From Octopus bimaculoides (lineage: Eukaryota), in the NCBI RefSeq assembly GCF_001194135.2, contig NC_068983.1, positions 4,632,397 to 4,684,782 of the forward strand: a stretch of 52,386 bases of DNA, written 5' to 3'. Within the stretch, counting starts at the first letter, position 1; every line of letters begins with the position of its first letter. The notes beneath the pieces are model-generated. The model did not search any database and was not told where the DNA came from. It saw only the letters and a list, made by a program, of their open reading frames with translations. The position numbers and the translations under genes were made by a program. Of the stretch, positions 1-12,374 are shown piece after piece.

Positions 1-50
<50 letters not shown>
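1..50. repeat. (GT)n microsatellite
   Basis: 25 GT units at the window start. Confidence 0.98.
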
Positions 51-52
<2 letters not shown>

Positions 53-748
53 CCCTTGCTTAGACGTTACATGATGATTGTAAATGATCCTCATTGTCGT
101 ACAAGTGAGGTTGTTTCAAGTCTTCGTTGAAAACCTGTCTGGCCATGGGGAAATATTACCTTGCTTGGCAATAGGTGAGGGTTGGCATTAAGAAGGGCAT
201 CCAACCATAAAGCTACCTCAATGTTTTGTTTGACTCATGCAAGCTTGGACATTAAATGGCAATTTTATGTGTATGTGTGTATTTATTTATTTCATATCTT
301 GATAGGGTCATTATACCAGTTGAGTAATCGATTATTTGATTAATCCTTAGGTCAATCGACCAGTTAAGTCCATCACTCCTTTCGTTGCCATTTGTGACCT
401 CATCAATGACCTGCCCTCTTTACTCCGGGTCTGTCTGTCTGTCACCTCTTAAACACCAAATACAAAAACAGTGCACAAACAACTTTTTTGTTTTAAGTAT
501 GTGTGTATACACCCATGTAGTTAGTGCATAGTTGTACTGGAGCATCTGTAGGTTTGTGTGTGTGTATATATACATAATTTTGTCTTTTAGCGACAACAGT
601 TACAGTTTGATACAAAACTAAAAAAAAATCTATTTATTATAGATTGTGTGGAGAGAGGAAACCTATGTACTTAGTGTGTTCTATTGCACAGCTATATTTA
701 CTGCAGGCTATTATTAATACTCTATACATAATGCATTTGACCTATTTC

Positions 749-808
<60 letters not shown>

Positions 809-1775
809 TATTATATGCACCAGCTGGCGTCGGCTTCACTTTTTTTTTTTTTTCTTTTCTTTGTTACTATCAATGCAAGTAGGTAATTCTCCTTTGATTA
901 TCTGTTGATGATTTCTTTGTTCCATAATTTTCTGCATCCTTGATTGTTTGGTTCCAAGAAAGACAAGGTATATTATTCTGCAGCTAGTCTGGTTTTAGCA
1001 TTTTAGATATTTGGTCTAAGAGACTGATTAATCCCTTTGTTAGCATATTTCTATTGAAATACACAACCTTTGTAAATTAACGAAGAATTTTAATGGAATA
1101 ACTTTTGTCCTTATTAAGTTGGTGTTTGGAACTTAAATTCTGAAATTTTGATGAATTGTTTTCATTTAGATATCTTCAGCCCTTTTGTTACCGTATTTCT
1201 GTTGGAATATACTGCTTTTGTTTCAATTTTGAAAATAATCCAGATTTTAGAAACTTATCTGCCATTATTGAATGGTTCCGTAGCACAAAATTTTGATGGA
1301 AGACTTTACTTTAGAATAATTTTAACCCTTTAGCATTCAGATTTCTTTGTCAGATGTAATGCTTATCTATTCACATTGTTTTCAATTGGCCATGCATTAT
1401 CTTCTAGCTTTCAATGATGTGATTCTTCTATTTGTTTCAGTCATTTGACTGCAGCCATGCTGGAGCACTGCCTTTATATTTTAAAAATGATATTGTAAGG
1501 GATGTGAGAGGCCAGATCTGGTCAATTTTCACATGAAACAGGTAGAATATTTGGACCAGATGTGGCCAATTTAAATTCTAAATGGTTAAAGGAGGATTTT
1601 TTCTTTTTTTTATCATAGAACCAGGAGCAGTCTGAGGAAAAGTTAAGACTGGGAATTTATATTGTAGAACCAAAAGTGATTTCAAGCAGATTGCTATTAA
1701 AAGGGTTAAATATACTTTTCTCAATGCTGTTTTAAACTCAGATTAGTCTTAATCAATCTGACCAATGATCTAAGG

Positions 1776-2054
1776 CAGGGGTTTTCAAACTTTTTGACTT
1801 GCGGACCCCTTTGTATTTCAGGCTTTACCTTAGGGACCCCCTTATAAACACTTATGAAATTTATACATAAATATTTGCTTAAAATAACATATATTTTTAC
1901 ATTTATTTATTTAACAGTATTTAACAAATAGGTTTATTGTCAATTAAAAGATTTTGATTAAAAAACATATATAAAATCAAATTGCCCATAAAAAGTATTT
2001 GCTGTCCACGGACCCCCTGTCTTGTCCTTGCGGATCACAGTTTGAAAACCCCTG
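1776..2054. mobile_element. hAT-superfamily MITE (279 bp)
   Basis: Perfect 16-bp TIRs CAGGGGTTTTCAAACT / AGTTTGAAAACCCCTG and perfect 8-bp TSD ATCTAAGG (1768-1775, 2055-2062). An 8-bp TSD with CAG ends is typical of hAT. Confidence 0.9.
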
Positions 2055-2240
2055 ATCTAAGGCATTCCAGCCGTGACCACTCCTTAGTTTTGTTACAGTA
2101 TTTACCTAGGACTACTTTATTCAGTGATTTTTTTTTTTTTTTTTAAGGTTTATCTCTACAGATTTTCTATAGAAATTTAGCCAGCATCTGAATATGTTTA
2201 ATGTTAATAATGCAATCAAAGATGGGAAAATAGATAATGG

Positions 2241-2286
2241 GTGTATATACATATTTCAAGAGTTATTGCTCTTTCATCAGCACCAC
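2241..2286 (-). ncRNA. degenerate minimal hammerhead-ribozyme-like motif (Penelope-type)
   Basis: Minus strand reads gtggtg-CTGATGA-AAGAG-caataa-CTCTT-GAAA-TATGTATA-tacac: intact core boxes and perfect 5-bp stem II; stems I and III are weak. Confidence 0.4.
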
Positions 2287-3045
2287 AAACTCATTGTTTA
2301 AATAGTTACTAGATATAGCAGTATAACATTATTGGATATACCAATTTTACATATTAAACACATTCCTGACAGCTGGTACATACATATTAATTACTTGTAG
2401 GGGACACTGTGTTTTGTTATGCAGCCATAATATGCTACATAGTGTATTAAACGCTTTATAAGACAACACTATGCCTTACCACATTAGGAACAAATTAAAT
2501 TTGTAAACTGAGGTTCCACTGTGTGTATGTGATTATAATCGTGGAGAAATCGTAATTTTTAATCCAACAGTAACATTTCCCCTTTTTACTTGTTTTTTTT
2601 TTTTTTTTTTTTTTACAGTCTTTGGTTGTTGACCCTTAGTGTTACTTGGCTTAGCAGTGGCACCTATGTTAGATTTGAATTTGTTCCCTATGAACATCCA
2701 TAAACTCGATACTACTAATCACAAATCTTTGTCAGAAATTGAAGTATTCAAACATATTGATTATAGCATCTAAGAGAAAATTATTTTGTTACTCCCTTAT
2801 ATTTATTAATTCTAGTTTCATAGGTAGGCATTGAAATATTTCTCCCTCTATGATGGGATTCTACACAGTTTCACTCACATGGTATTTATCAGCCTGGAGC
2901 TATATTAGAAGTCAGTTGCCCAAGGTGCTATGCAGAAGGACTAGGTCCAAAACCAGACAAATTTTTTCCTATTTCACATTTCTATTTCTATACAGTTGTA
3001 ATATCTTTATGACTAATGAGGGGTTTTTTTTTTAAAATTTTTCAG

Positions 3046-3119
3046 GGCAACCATCTTGAGCGAAGTTCAGTCAAGTTCAGCTTCTAAGTTATCCAACATT
3101 AAATCAGTCCTTGTAATTG
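3046..3119 (+). CDS. DYNC1LI1/2 (Dlic): Dlic coding exon 2 (74 nt): (W)ATILSEVQSSSASKLSNIKSVLVI(G)
   Basis: ttttcAG acceptor, GTTTGT donor, phase 2 to 1; resembles the W-x-x-ILSEV...KL...K-x-VL-x-x-G segment of LICs; joins exon 3 to form the P-loop. Confidence 0.9.
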
Positions 3120-5885
3120 GTTTGTATCCTTTATTATATTTACTGTCAGAATTGAAACTCTGTTACATGCTATTTTATATAAGAATCTATTATTAGTTTG
3201 TCTGATGATGACCAAGGACATCACATGGGAGAAAATAACCAGGCATGGTGTGTCCAGCTGTGGCCAATTGGTCCAATGCACGCTTGGAAGGTTCTGGTCT
3301 TAAAGGAATTTGTTTTCTTTGCGCCTCTGCAATCTTTTCCTGTGTCGGTTAGGAGAGGTATTAAGGCTGGCTGCCAAGGTGTACCAAGCAATTGTATTGC
3401 CTAAGCTACTATAACAGCCTGCAAGACTTCAATGATCTACGAATGCCACACCAAAAAAAAAAAAAAAAAGCCAAAGAATCTAAAGAAGTATTAAATACAA
3501 ATATTAATTATAATTTCAACATTGTTGTGTTGGTTAATAAAGCAGCAGATATTTGTATTAATAGTGTAATGTTGAATTTATTCTGGTTAGAAAAAAAAAA
3601 ATTTAAAGATCATCTTCATCACTTTTCCATGCTGGCATGGGTTGAATGGAGTTTATTAAGACAGATTTTCTATAACCAGATGCCATTCCTGTCACCAGTG
3701 CTCACTTGTTTCTAAAAAACATATTTCTTCATGGCCAGGCATGTTTGTGCAGAGTATTGGAATAAGTGACACTGCTTGTATGATGGTGACACTGACAATT
3801 ATCAAAACCATCACATAATGTCTAGACAAGGAGACGCAAACACACATACACACATATACCAAAATCATTTAATGTCTGTTTTCCATGCTGGCATAGGTTG
3901 GGCAGTTTAACAAGAGCTGGTAAGGTCAGGAGCCACACCAGGTTCCATAGTCTATTCTGGCATGGTTTCTACAGCTGGATGCCCTTCCTAATGCCAACTA
4001 CTTTAGAGTGTACTCTGGGTACTTTTTACATAGCACCAACATTGACAGGTTCACTAAGTCCCTTGTGAGACAAGAACCCCTCAACTGGAAATGGGGGAGT
4101 ATTATTGAGTGCCAGTTGAACTCTTTAAGGTAGAGAGGGGACAGATATCTTGCTGTAGAGTAGATACATAGATACCCCAGTTGGAAACATATATTTGATG
4201 GGCTTCTTTTCAGTGTCTGCCTTCCAAATCCACTTATAGGACTTTAGTCAGCTGGGGCTCAGGGTTAGTGGAAGACGTTGCTCTAATGTATTCACATGGT
4301 GGGAGTGAACCAAAAACCATGTAGTTAGGAAGCAGACTTCTTAACCATGCAGCCATGCCTGCGCCTATAGATGAAGGCCTAAAAATGCTTGTTTCTAAGC
4401 AACACTTATTAAAATCTAACAGAAAAACAAATGTAAAAGAAAGTGCACAAAAATGCTTTATCTTAGGAGTGTTTGTTAAACCGGTTTGCTTGGCATTTTG
4501 GCATTCTTCCATATATAGAGCATACAGTATTGAAGTAGGTGAGCTTTCTTATGTTGTTGAGAGTATAAACTGGTGGTAATATTTTATTATCGAAATAGAT
4601 CTGCTCTTAAAGACTTATCTGGCCCAAAGTTAAAGCAATCCCTCTTTTCTCTGCCATTCAGTTTATTAGTTCTTCCAATTCTAACTTTATATATGACAAT
4701 AGATAAGCATTTATATTTGAAACCTGTGGTTTGTGTCTGAGGAAAGTGCTGGAGAAGTAAAGCTTTCTTTCTAGTTCTTTTTTTTCTTTTTCTGTCTAGT
4801 AACCTCATTCTTTGTGTACTATTTGTTGTTATTTTGGTGAATCCTCTCCTGGTGCCATGATTTTATGAATATATATAGAGGCACCAACATGACTGTGTGC
4901 TTAAGTTTGCTCCCCAACCATTAGATTTTGGGTTTAATCCCACTGCGTGGCACTGTGGGCAAATGTCTTCTCCTGCATCTGTGAGTCAAGCAAAACCCTT
5001 TCTGAATGGATTTGATAGATGGAAACTGAAAGAAGCCCATCGTGGAAGAGAGAGTATGTTTGTCTCCTTGTCCTGACACATGATAGTTGTAAATAAGTGT
5101 CACTGTCTTACAGGCTGTATGATTCATTTCCAGTATTCTGAGAAAATGGGTATAGGTTGGTGACAGGAAGGGTATCCGGCCGTAGAAAATATGCGTCAAC
5201 AAATTCCATCTGACTCTTGTCAGCATAGAAACAATGGATGTTAAAACGATATCTTTTGGCTACAATTGAACTGAGACATGAGATAGTCTCAAAAAACTTA
5301 GGCTAGACCGAACCATTCTAGGTTCCAACCTTTCGTAAGAACAATATATATATTGATTTATGTAGATCACATGTCTTTTATACATAATTTCATCATTGTT
5401 TTAACATCCACTTCTCCATGCTTGGATGGGTAAAACAGAATTCTTTGAGGTAGAATTTCTACATAATTTATAGCATTGCCACAAGGACATATTTGGGAAA
5501 AGGCTGTAGTTGAGAGATCTACCTTGTATTTATTTTATCAATTCTGCAAGAATGAAAAGCAAAGTTGAATTTGGAGAAGGATTTGAACTTGGAATGTAAC
5601 CAAATACTTTAGTTGATTAAGGAATCGATCACAGTATATTGTGGATAGAAGTAACATAAGATCAATAATGTGGGAATCAGTACTACTTTTACAGTATTAA
5701 CTCCTTGCTAATTTGTATATGGAATCTAACTTCACAAAATATGTTTTTCTTAATATATCTGAAAATAAATGGGGTTAGAACCATGAAAATTTGGGAAAAT
5801 GGCAGTAAAATGGTGATATTTGGGTGTGGTTTGTCAAAATTAGGATTTCATCTGTATATTTAATGCTTTTTTTTTTATCTTTCAG

Positions 5886-6002
5886 GTGACACAGAATCTG
5901 GTAAAACCACATTAATTGCAAAATTGCAAGGCAATGAGGACCCTAAAAAAGGTGCTGGTTTGGAATATTACCATATTGATGTCAAAGATGAATACAGAGA
6001 TG
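5886..6002 (+). CDS. DYNC1LI1/2 (Dlic): Dlic coding exon 3 (117 nt): [39 protein letters not shown]
   Basis: Poly-T tract plus cAG, GTAATG donor; Walker A GxxxxGKT and the KKG-x-GLEY motif of LICs. Confidence 0.97.
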
Positions 6003-6329
6003 GTAATGTCTTGGTTGTTTTATTTGTTTCAATTTTATGAAATTAATATTTTCTTGTGCAGTCTTTTGTTCCAAGTTAATTTCTAATTAAAACACAGACT
6101 GTATTAAATGTCATTAATTAAAACAAACTATTGCACCGGACTTCTGTGACTGTTATGGCAGGATTTTTACAGCTGGATACCCTTCCTAACACCAACCACC
6201 CAGCAGATTGGACTTAGTGCTTTTTATGTGGCACAAGCACAGGTGGGTTTTTAGTCTTGGAAGAGATATGTGAATGCTGATTATTTAAATATCATTTGGG
6301 AATCACGGGGCAGGTGTCGTCAATCACCT

Positions 6330-6470
6330 TCTTCATTGTAGTTGTGTGTCCACCTCCCGGTCACTTTGACCTACTTGGTCCCTCCGAGGGTGCTCTCCAT
6401 CGAGGGTCCAAGGCAGCCGATACATTCACTGTAAAAAAAATTAGTATGCTCAGATCTTTGATGTTCATCA
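6330..6470 (-). pseudogene. possible degraded hAT transposase fragment
   Basis: Minus frame IKDLSILIFFTVNVSAALDPRW resembles the hAT ALDPRF motif (LDPRW at 6397-6411); short and frameshifted. Confidence 0.3.
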
Positions 6471-6893
6471 ATAAAGTTGGTGTATTTCAACAGAAATATG
6501 GTCATGGAAGAGATAAGTTGAATCTGTAAGCTAACCTTGGCTGTAGTTGCTATTTTCATTTATTTGTTTATGCTATTACACTTCAGGAAGGCATGAACAT
6601 CTCAACTTGTAAGCATTTATGAAGTCCTAGAAATAGCTCTAAATGTCATCAGTGATATCTTGTTTTCAGGTGGCCCCACAATGAAGCAACAGCACTCGTT
6701 TGACAGAAAAACAAAGTGACATTGTTATAAGTATTATATGCATGCATAATTTAAATCTAGAAGATATATTTCTTTGTAACATGAACAAGTTTCACGTAAA
6801 AGAATCTAACTTATCTGGGTAATTTGTATTGATGGAAATATGAAGAAATAAACAGTTGTTTGTTTATGGTCGGCAAAAATATAAATCTATTTA

Positions 6894-7400
6894 ATCATCA
6901 TCATTTAACATCCGTTGTCCATGCTGGCATGGGTTGGACGGTTTGACTGGGCTGGCACACTGGAAGGCTGCACCAGACTCGTCTGATTTGGCATGGTTTT
7001 CTACAGCTGGATGCCCTTCCTAATGCCAACCACTCAGAGAGTGTAATGGATGCTTTTGTGTGCCACAGGCATGACACTGGGGTGCATTTATGTGCTAATT
7101 TGCGTGACACCAGTATCTGTCTCGACTGCGATTTTGCTCAGCTTGATGGGTCTTTTTCTCAAGCATGACATAATGCCAAAGGTCTTGGTCATTGCCTCCG
7201 TGAGGCCTAATGCTCAAAGGTATTCTTTATGTGCCAGCATGGGTGCACTTGGCTTGACGGGCCCTCTCAAGCACAGCCCATCACCAAAGGTCTCGGTCAC
7301 TAGTCATTGCTTCTGTGAGGCCTAAAGTTCAAAGATTTTCATCACCTTGTCCCATGTCTTCTTGGGTCTACCTCTACCACAGGTTCCCTCCACAGTTAGA
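6894..7400 (-). mobile_element. RTE-clade LINE 3' end (ORF2 C-terminus, 3' UTR and (TGA)n tail)
   Basis: Minus strand encodes LTVEGTCGRGRPKKTWDKVM...LTEAMTSDRDLW, then the abundant GTTAGGAAGGGCATCCAGCTGTAGAAA...CAAACCGTCCAACCCATGCCAGCATGG...ATGATG tail. Confidence 0.8.
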
Positions 7401-8039
7401 GGAGTGATGGAGAGAGGCAATAAAAGCAGGGTTATAACAAGAGCCAGTTATAAGATAATGGGGGGAAAGAGGTACTAATGAAAGCTAAAGATTTACTGGT
7501 AAGAGAGAACGAGATAGAACAAGTGGTGGCTAGCTGTAGAAATGGTCGCTGAGATGACGGTGACAGTAAAAGTGTGACCTTAGATGGGGACAGGTGGTAG
7601 GCAGCATAGACTTGTATATTTGCTGGTAAGAGGAAGTGGATGGGTATTCATATAAATGTTTGATGCTAAGATTCTGTGGAAATTGGTGGTTTTGGTGTAG
7701 GGAATAGAGATGAGAGGGTATTGAATAGGTAAGAGGGGCAGAAGATGGAGACAGAACTCTTCTGTTACCATATTTTTATTGAAATACACTGCTTTCATTT
7801 CAATTAATTTTGAAAATAATGAATTCAATAAATATTAAGCTGGTATTTAGAACAGACTGTTGCCATGCTCCAGCATGACCACAGTCTAATGGCCAAAAAC
7901 AAGTGAAAAAGAGTGAAACTTTGAAAATTTTTAATTCAGATGACTTTAGCAGAAGTTATCAAATAATGTGGGGGTAATCTCAAGCAGGTTTATATAAAAA
8001 ATGTTGTTCAAACTGGACTAGAGGCTCAGATGTGTGTAT

Positions 8040-8378
8040 ATAGAGACCCCCCCCTTCAGTCACGAATGACCATGGGTTTGCACCTAGAAAGTTCCCCTCC
8101 AAGGCACAAGCCCGGGCAAGGTTGTTTATGGAGGACCAGCAGTCACATGCATACCAGACTCATCTCTCCACGCCACCGATGTTATCCAAGGGAAAGGCAA
8201 AGGTCAATACAGCTTGGCACCAGTAATGTTGCAATTATTTCCTACGGCTGAGTGAACTGGAGCAACGTGAAATAAAGTGTTTTGCTCAAGAACACAACAC
8301 AGCTTGGTCTGGGAATTGAACTCACTACCTCATGATTGTGAGCCTGATGCTCTAGCCATTGAGCCATGCACCTTCACG
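8040..8378 (-). mobile_element. tRNA-derived SINE
   Basis: Minus-strand head has A-box-like TGGCTCAATGG and B-box-like GAGTTCAATTCC; body shared with 21700-21990. Confidence 0.7.
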
Positions 8379-9093
8379 TGTGTGTGTCTATCCCACCTTC
8401 CATCACAACCTCCATTCTGATGTAGTCATCTTTTATAACCCAGACAAATAGGTTCTAAACACTGGGGTACATATGGCATTAACAAAAATTTTAATATCCC
8501 TATTTTTGATCTGACATAAATGTTAAGTTGAAGATCTCAATGTTTGTTTCCTGGACTGGATAATACAAACAATGTGTCCTTCAGCAAGGCATTTCATTTC
8601 ACATTATTCTGGTTCATTCAGATGAAATTTGTACCAGCCCAATGGTGGTGTAGCGTTCCCTTCGTTCAGCTGTTGCGTCCTGACTGTTCTGTTGGGTGAA
8701 GGGCAGGAATGCCATGTGTGTCCCCGTCTACTTGCAACAACACAGGCACTTGGAAACAAAAACATCATCATTTAACATTTTTCCATGGGTTAAACATAAT
8801 TTGACCAGAGCTGTACCAGGTTCCAGCCTGATTTGGATTAGTTCCTATGGATGAATACCCTCCCTAACACCGGACACTTTACAGAGTGTGCCAGGTGCTC
8901 CTTATGTGGCACCAGCACTGGTGCTTGTTACATATTTACCAAGTCCTCTTCAATTCCAAGTGATGGTTGTAGAAATGGTTTCATGATGACATTCTTGGTT
9001 TCAGATAAGTAGTGATTTATCAAGTAATTGCAGTTCAGAAAGAATACCCCTAATTTTTGTGTACTGATTTTCATTTTGTTCTTTTGTCTTCAG

Positions 9094-9324
9094 ATCAAAC
9101 GCGTCTTGGTGCCTGGATCCTTGATGGGGACACCCAGCACATAAATTTACTGAGATATGCTCTCACGGAAGGAAACTTCGCTCATACCTTAGTACTGTTG
9201 GTTGTATCAATGGCTCAGCCATGGAATATCATGGACTCGTTACAAAAATGGATTACAATACTTAGACAGCATATTGAAAAACTAAAGATTCCAAAGGATA
9301 CTCGACACAAATATGAACAAAGTT
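9094..9324 (+). CDS. DYNC1LI1/2 (Dlic): Dlic coding exon 4 (231 nt): DQTRLGAWILDGDTQHINLLRYALTEGNFAHTLVLLVVSMAQPWNIMDSLQKWITILRQHIEKLKIPKDTRHKYEQS(L)
   Basis: cAG acceptor, GTAAGT donor; WILDGD and PW...SL.KW...LR.HI LIC motifs. Confidence 0.97.
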
Positions 9325-10226
9325 GTAAGTAGTGATGGTCACTTTCACTTTATTCTTTTGAATTTTATGCAGTCTATCATCTTTCTATATCCAGGTGTGG
9401 CTGTCAGGCTTTAGAAGTTTGCTTTCTAACTTAATGGTATTTTGGCCAGCCTAAATTTTGTGAATGGATTTGGTAGATGGAAACTGAGTGAAGCCCCTTT
9501 GTGTGTCTCCTTGTCTTGACATTGTATGATAGTTGTAAATGCATGTCCTTCATTTTCAAACATCATCATCATCGTTTAGCGTCCCCCTTCCATGCATGCA
9601 GGGGTAGAACCCTTCTATTATCAACTACTTTACAGTTGGTGCATTTTGTCAGCCAACCATTTCTAAAGAGATTATGTTCATGACAAGATTAAAGGGGCTT
9701 CTATACCCCATGTTATTTGTTCTAATTCACCAACCACCTTACAGACTGTACAGAATGGGTATTTTTTTTTTCTCTCATTGCATCAACATCAGGGTTACCT
9801 TGTACTTCATATAATATGTCTTTACAGGTTGCAGTATTAACATGCATTAAGCTGTTGCACACATAATTTTTTTATCTTTATATTTGTTTTAAAGTGGTTT
9901 AGGAACTGTTAGGACCTTTCCTACTATAATGATCCTTCAATATTTATGCTTCACCATATTCCTCTCTCACCCGTTCTTCATTTCTAACCATTACTCACTC
10001 TACTATACACTCTTGTAACCACTACCCACCCACACTTACTGTTCTACCCCATTAACAAATGCTTGGACTTCGGCTGTTTTTTTTTTTTTTTTTGACACCA
10101 TTAGCAATACAAACTAATTTTTCTCACAAGAAGATATTTAGAAACTACCTATGTCGGTGCCATATAGAAAGTACCATTGACTCGTAGAAAACACATGTAC
10201 CAGTGCTGAATGCATCCTGTTATATA

Positions 10227-10430
10227 CAGTAACCCCCTGCCATATTGCAGTTTATTATTTAAGCTTACGTCGATTCCTCCATGGTGTTGTTTTGCGTTTG
10301 CAATAAAATGAATATATACAAATTATAAAAATAATTAAAAAAAAAATGCAATGCTGTTTCTACTTTGTAGATTGTTACCTATCGTGGGGGGCTTTGGAAC
10401 ATAACACCCATGATAGTCGAGGGATTACTG
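10227..10430. mobile_element. pogo/Tigger-like MITE, copy 1
   Basis: TA-CAGTAA...TTACTG-TA termini; body shared with 15927-16138. Confidence 0.75.
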
Positions 10431-11002
10431 TATACTGTAAAATAGTTGGTGTTAGGCAAGGGCTTCTAACCATAGAAACCATGCTAAATCAGATGGGAAC
10501 CTAGTGCAGCTCCCTAGCTTGCCAGTTCCGGTCAAACTGTCCAATCCATGCCAGCATGGAAAACATGCTCAATGATGATGATGATGATGATTTTAAACAA
10601 ATTATAAATTCACTGAATACTAAAATAGCCTTTCTGTAATGCATTGAGAAATATTTTTGGTAAAAATGATTATTTAATAATAAATTTAAAATGAAAAAGT
10701 GAAGTTAAAAAAACAATTTTTCCAAGTTTGTCTGTGGTGGAAAGTAGGATTTTAGCCATGTGCTAAAACAAAGAATCCCTTTGAACATAGAACATGATCT
10801 GCGGTTCAATATGTTATCCTGCTATGCCTGTCCTTCCCATTAAGAAACAAAAAAAATCACGCATTAAAGGTATTTGTATTTATTGTTGACTGAAGACATT
10901 TACCAAGTATTTGCTTGCATTCTATAATCGCTAATTTGGTTTGTTTTTTTTATATTCATATTTTTTTCCATGCTAGCATGGGTTAGATAATTGTAGTATT
11001 AA

Positions 11003-11224
11003 CCCTTTCATTACCAACCCGGCTGAAACCGGCTCTGGCTCTGAGTACAAATGTCTTGTTTTCATAAGTTCTGAATTAAATTCTTCCACCAAACTTTAGT
11101 CACAATTTATGTTCCTAACTCTAGCTTAATGATAACTAAGTTATTTTACTAAATTCTTTTGTTATATTTAAAATTGATTGAAAGAAACACAGAGCATCTC
11201 AAAATAAATGCAGTAACGAAAGGG
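11003..11224. mobile_element. piggyBac-like MITE
   Basis: TTAA on both sides; TIRs CCCTTTCATTAC / GTAACGAAAGGG (1 mismatch). Confidence 0.8.
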
Positions 11225-12168
11225 TTAAGGCATTGTTTTACAGCCAGATGCTTTTCTTGTCACTAATCCTTATCTGTTTTACTGAAAAAAAAAAGAAAAA
11301 AAAGATATTTCTCATTTTACACATCTTCAAAAGTTCAGTTTCCATCTACCCAGATCACTTACCATGCTTTGTCAGCCTGGGACTGGAATAGACTCATCCA
11401 AAATGTTCTGTAGTGGAACTGAGCTTAAAACCATGCGTAGCAAAAGAAAACTACCAGCCCCTATTTGTAAAAACCTTATTCTCTAAGTTGTATGATAATC
11501 CCTTCCATCACAGAATTAAAGCTTTTTAATTTTTTTTTTCCCCCTTTTATATAATTCTTTTGTAATAAGAAGAACTTGACAGATCTGTAAATGAAGAGAT
11601 TTGCATGTGTGTCTCTGCATGACAAAGCATACAATTTTGTGAAACTAATTAAATGAAGGATCATTTACAAAGAATCTCTCTTTTTTATGGTTTAGTTAGG
11701 TCAAGCTTTGGAGAACTGAGACTTGTAGGATTGACTTGGTTTATATTAAATCCTTGGAAACACGAAAACATGGGTGGGAAAGAACTCCCAGAGTTTGAGG
11801 TGATTAGTGTGAAGTCTTAGTGATAGAAGACAGATGGGAGAGGAGTGTTGTGTAGGGCTTTCAGGGGAATGGAGGTTATTGTAGTAGTGATAGAATAAGC
11901 AGACAGGCCATTTGTGTTGGATGTTGCTGTGTATTGGTGAAGGAGTCTTTAGCAATTCCTTGGAAGACTTTTCAGATGCTGTCTAGGATGACTGTATGTG
12001 TAGCAGTATTCTAGATGCCCAGTGTGTAGTAGTCCTGGCATCATTTAAGGTACCTGAGTGTGTGTGTGGTGACACCATTCCAGATTTGGTAACAGTATTT
12101 TGTTGGGGTCCTTATTTGTTCATTATTTTCTGATCCTGAAAATGCCCAGTATTACATACTTTATTTAA

Positions 12169-12374
12169 CCCTTCAGCATTTAAAGTGGCCTTATCCAGCC
12201 AAATTATTCTCCCTGTTTTATGTTCAAACTGGCCAAATCTGACCTCTTGAACCTACCCTGCAACGTCATTCTTAAAGTCATCAATATCTCAGAGCTACAA
12301 GATAATCCATGATTAATTCAAAACAATGAATAAATAAGCATTACACTCGACAGAGTAATCTAAATCCTAAATGA
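12169..12374. mobile_element. piggyBac-like MITE, second family (related copies near 1322-1590, 15180-15345, 16310-16510, 25310-25740)
   Basis: TTAA-CCCTTCAGCATT left end, degenerate right end ending TTAA; internal GGCCAGATCTG/TTTGAACATAAAA block recurs in both orientations. Confidence 0.6.

Noticed and set aside
1-3045. Search for Dlic exon 1 and promoter
   Set aside because: No ATG-led exon ending in TG before a GT donor with LIC-like sequence was found; probably upstream of the window.
8983-9067. Box C (ATGATGA) ... box D (CTGA) snoRNA candidate
   Set aside because: No terminal stem, box D is only about 26 nt from the acceptor, and both motifs are common here.
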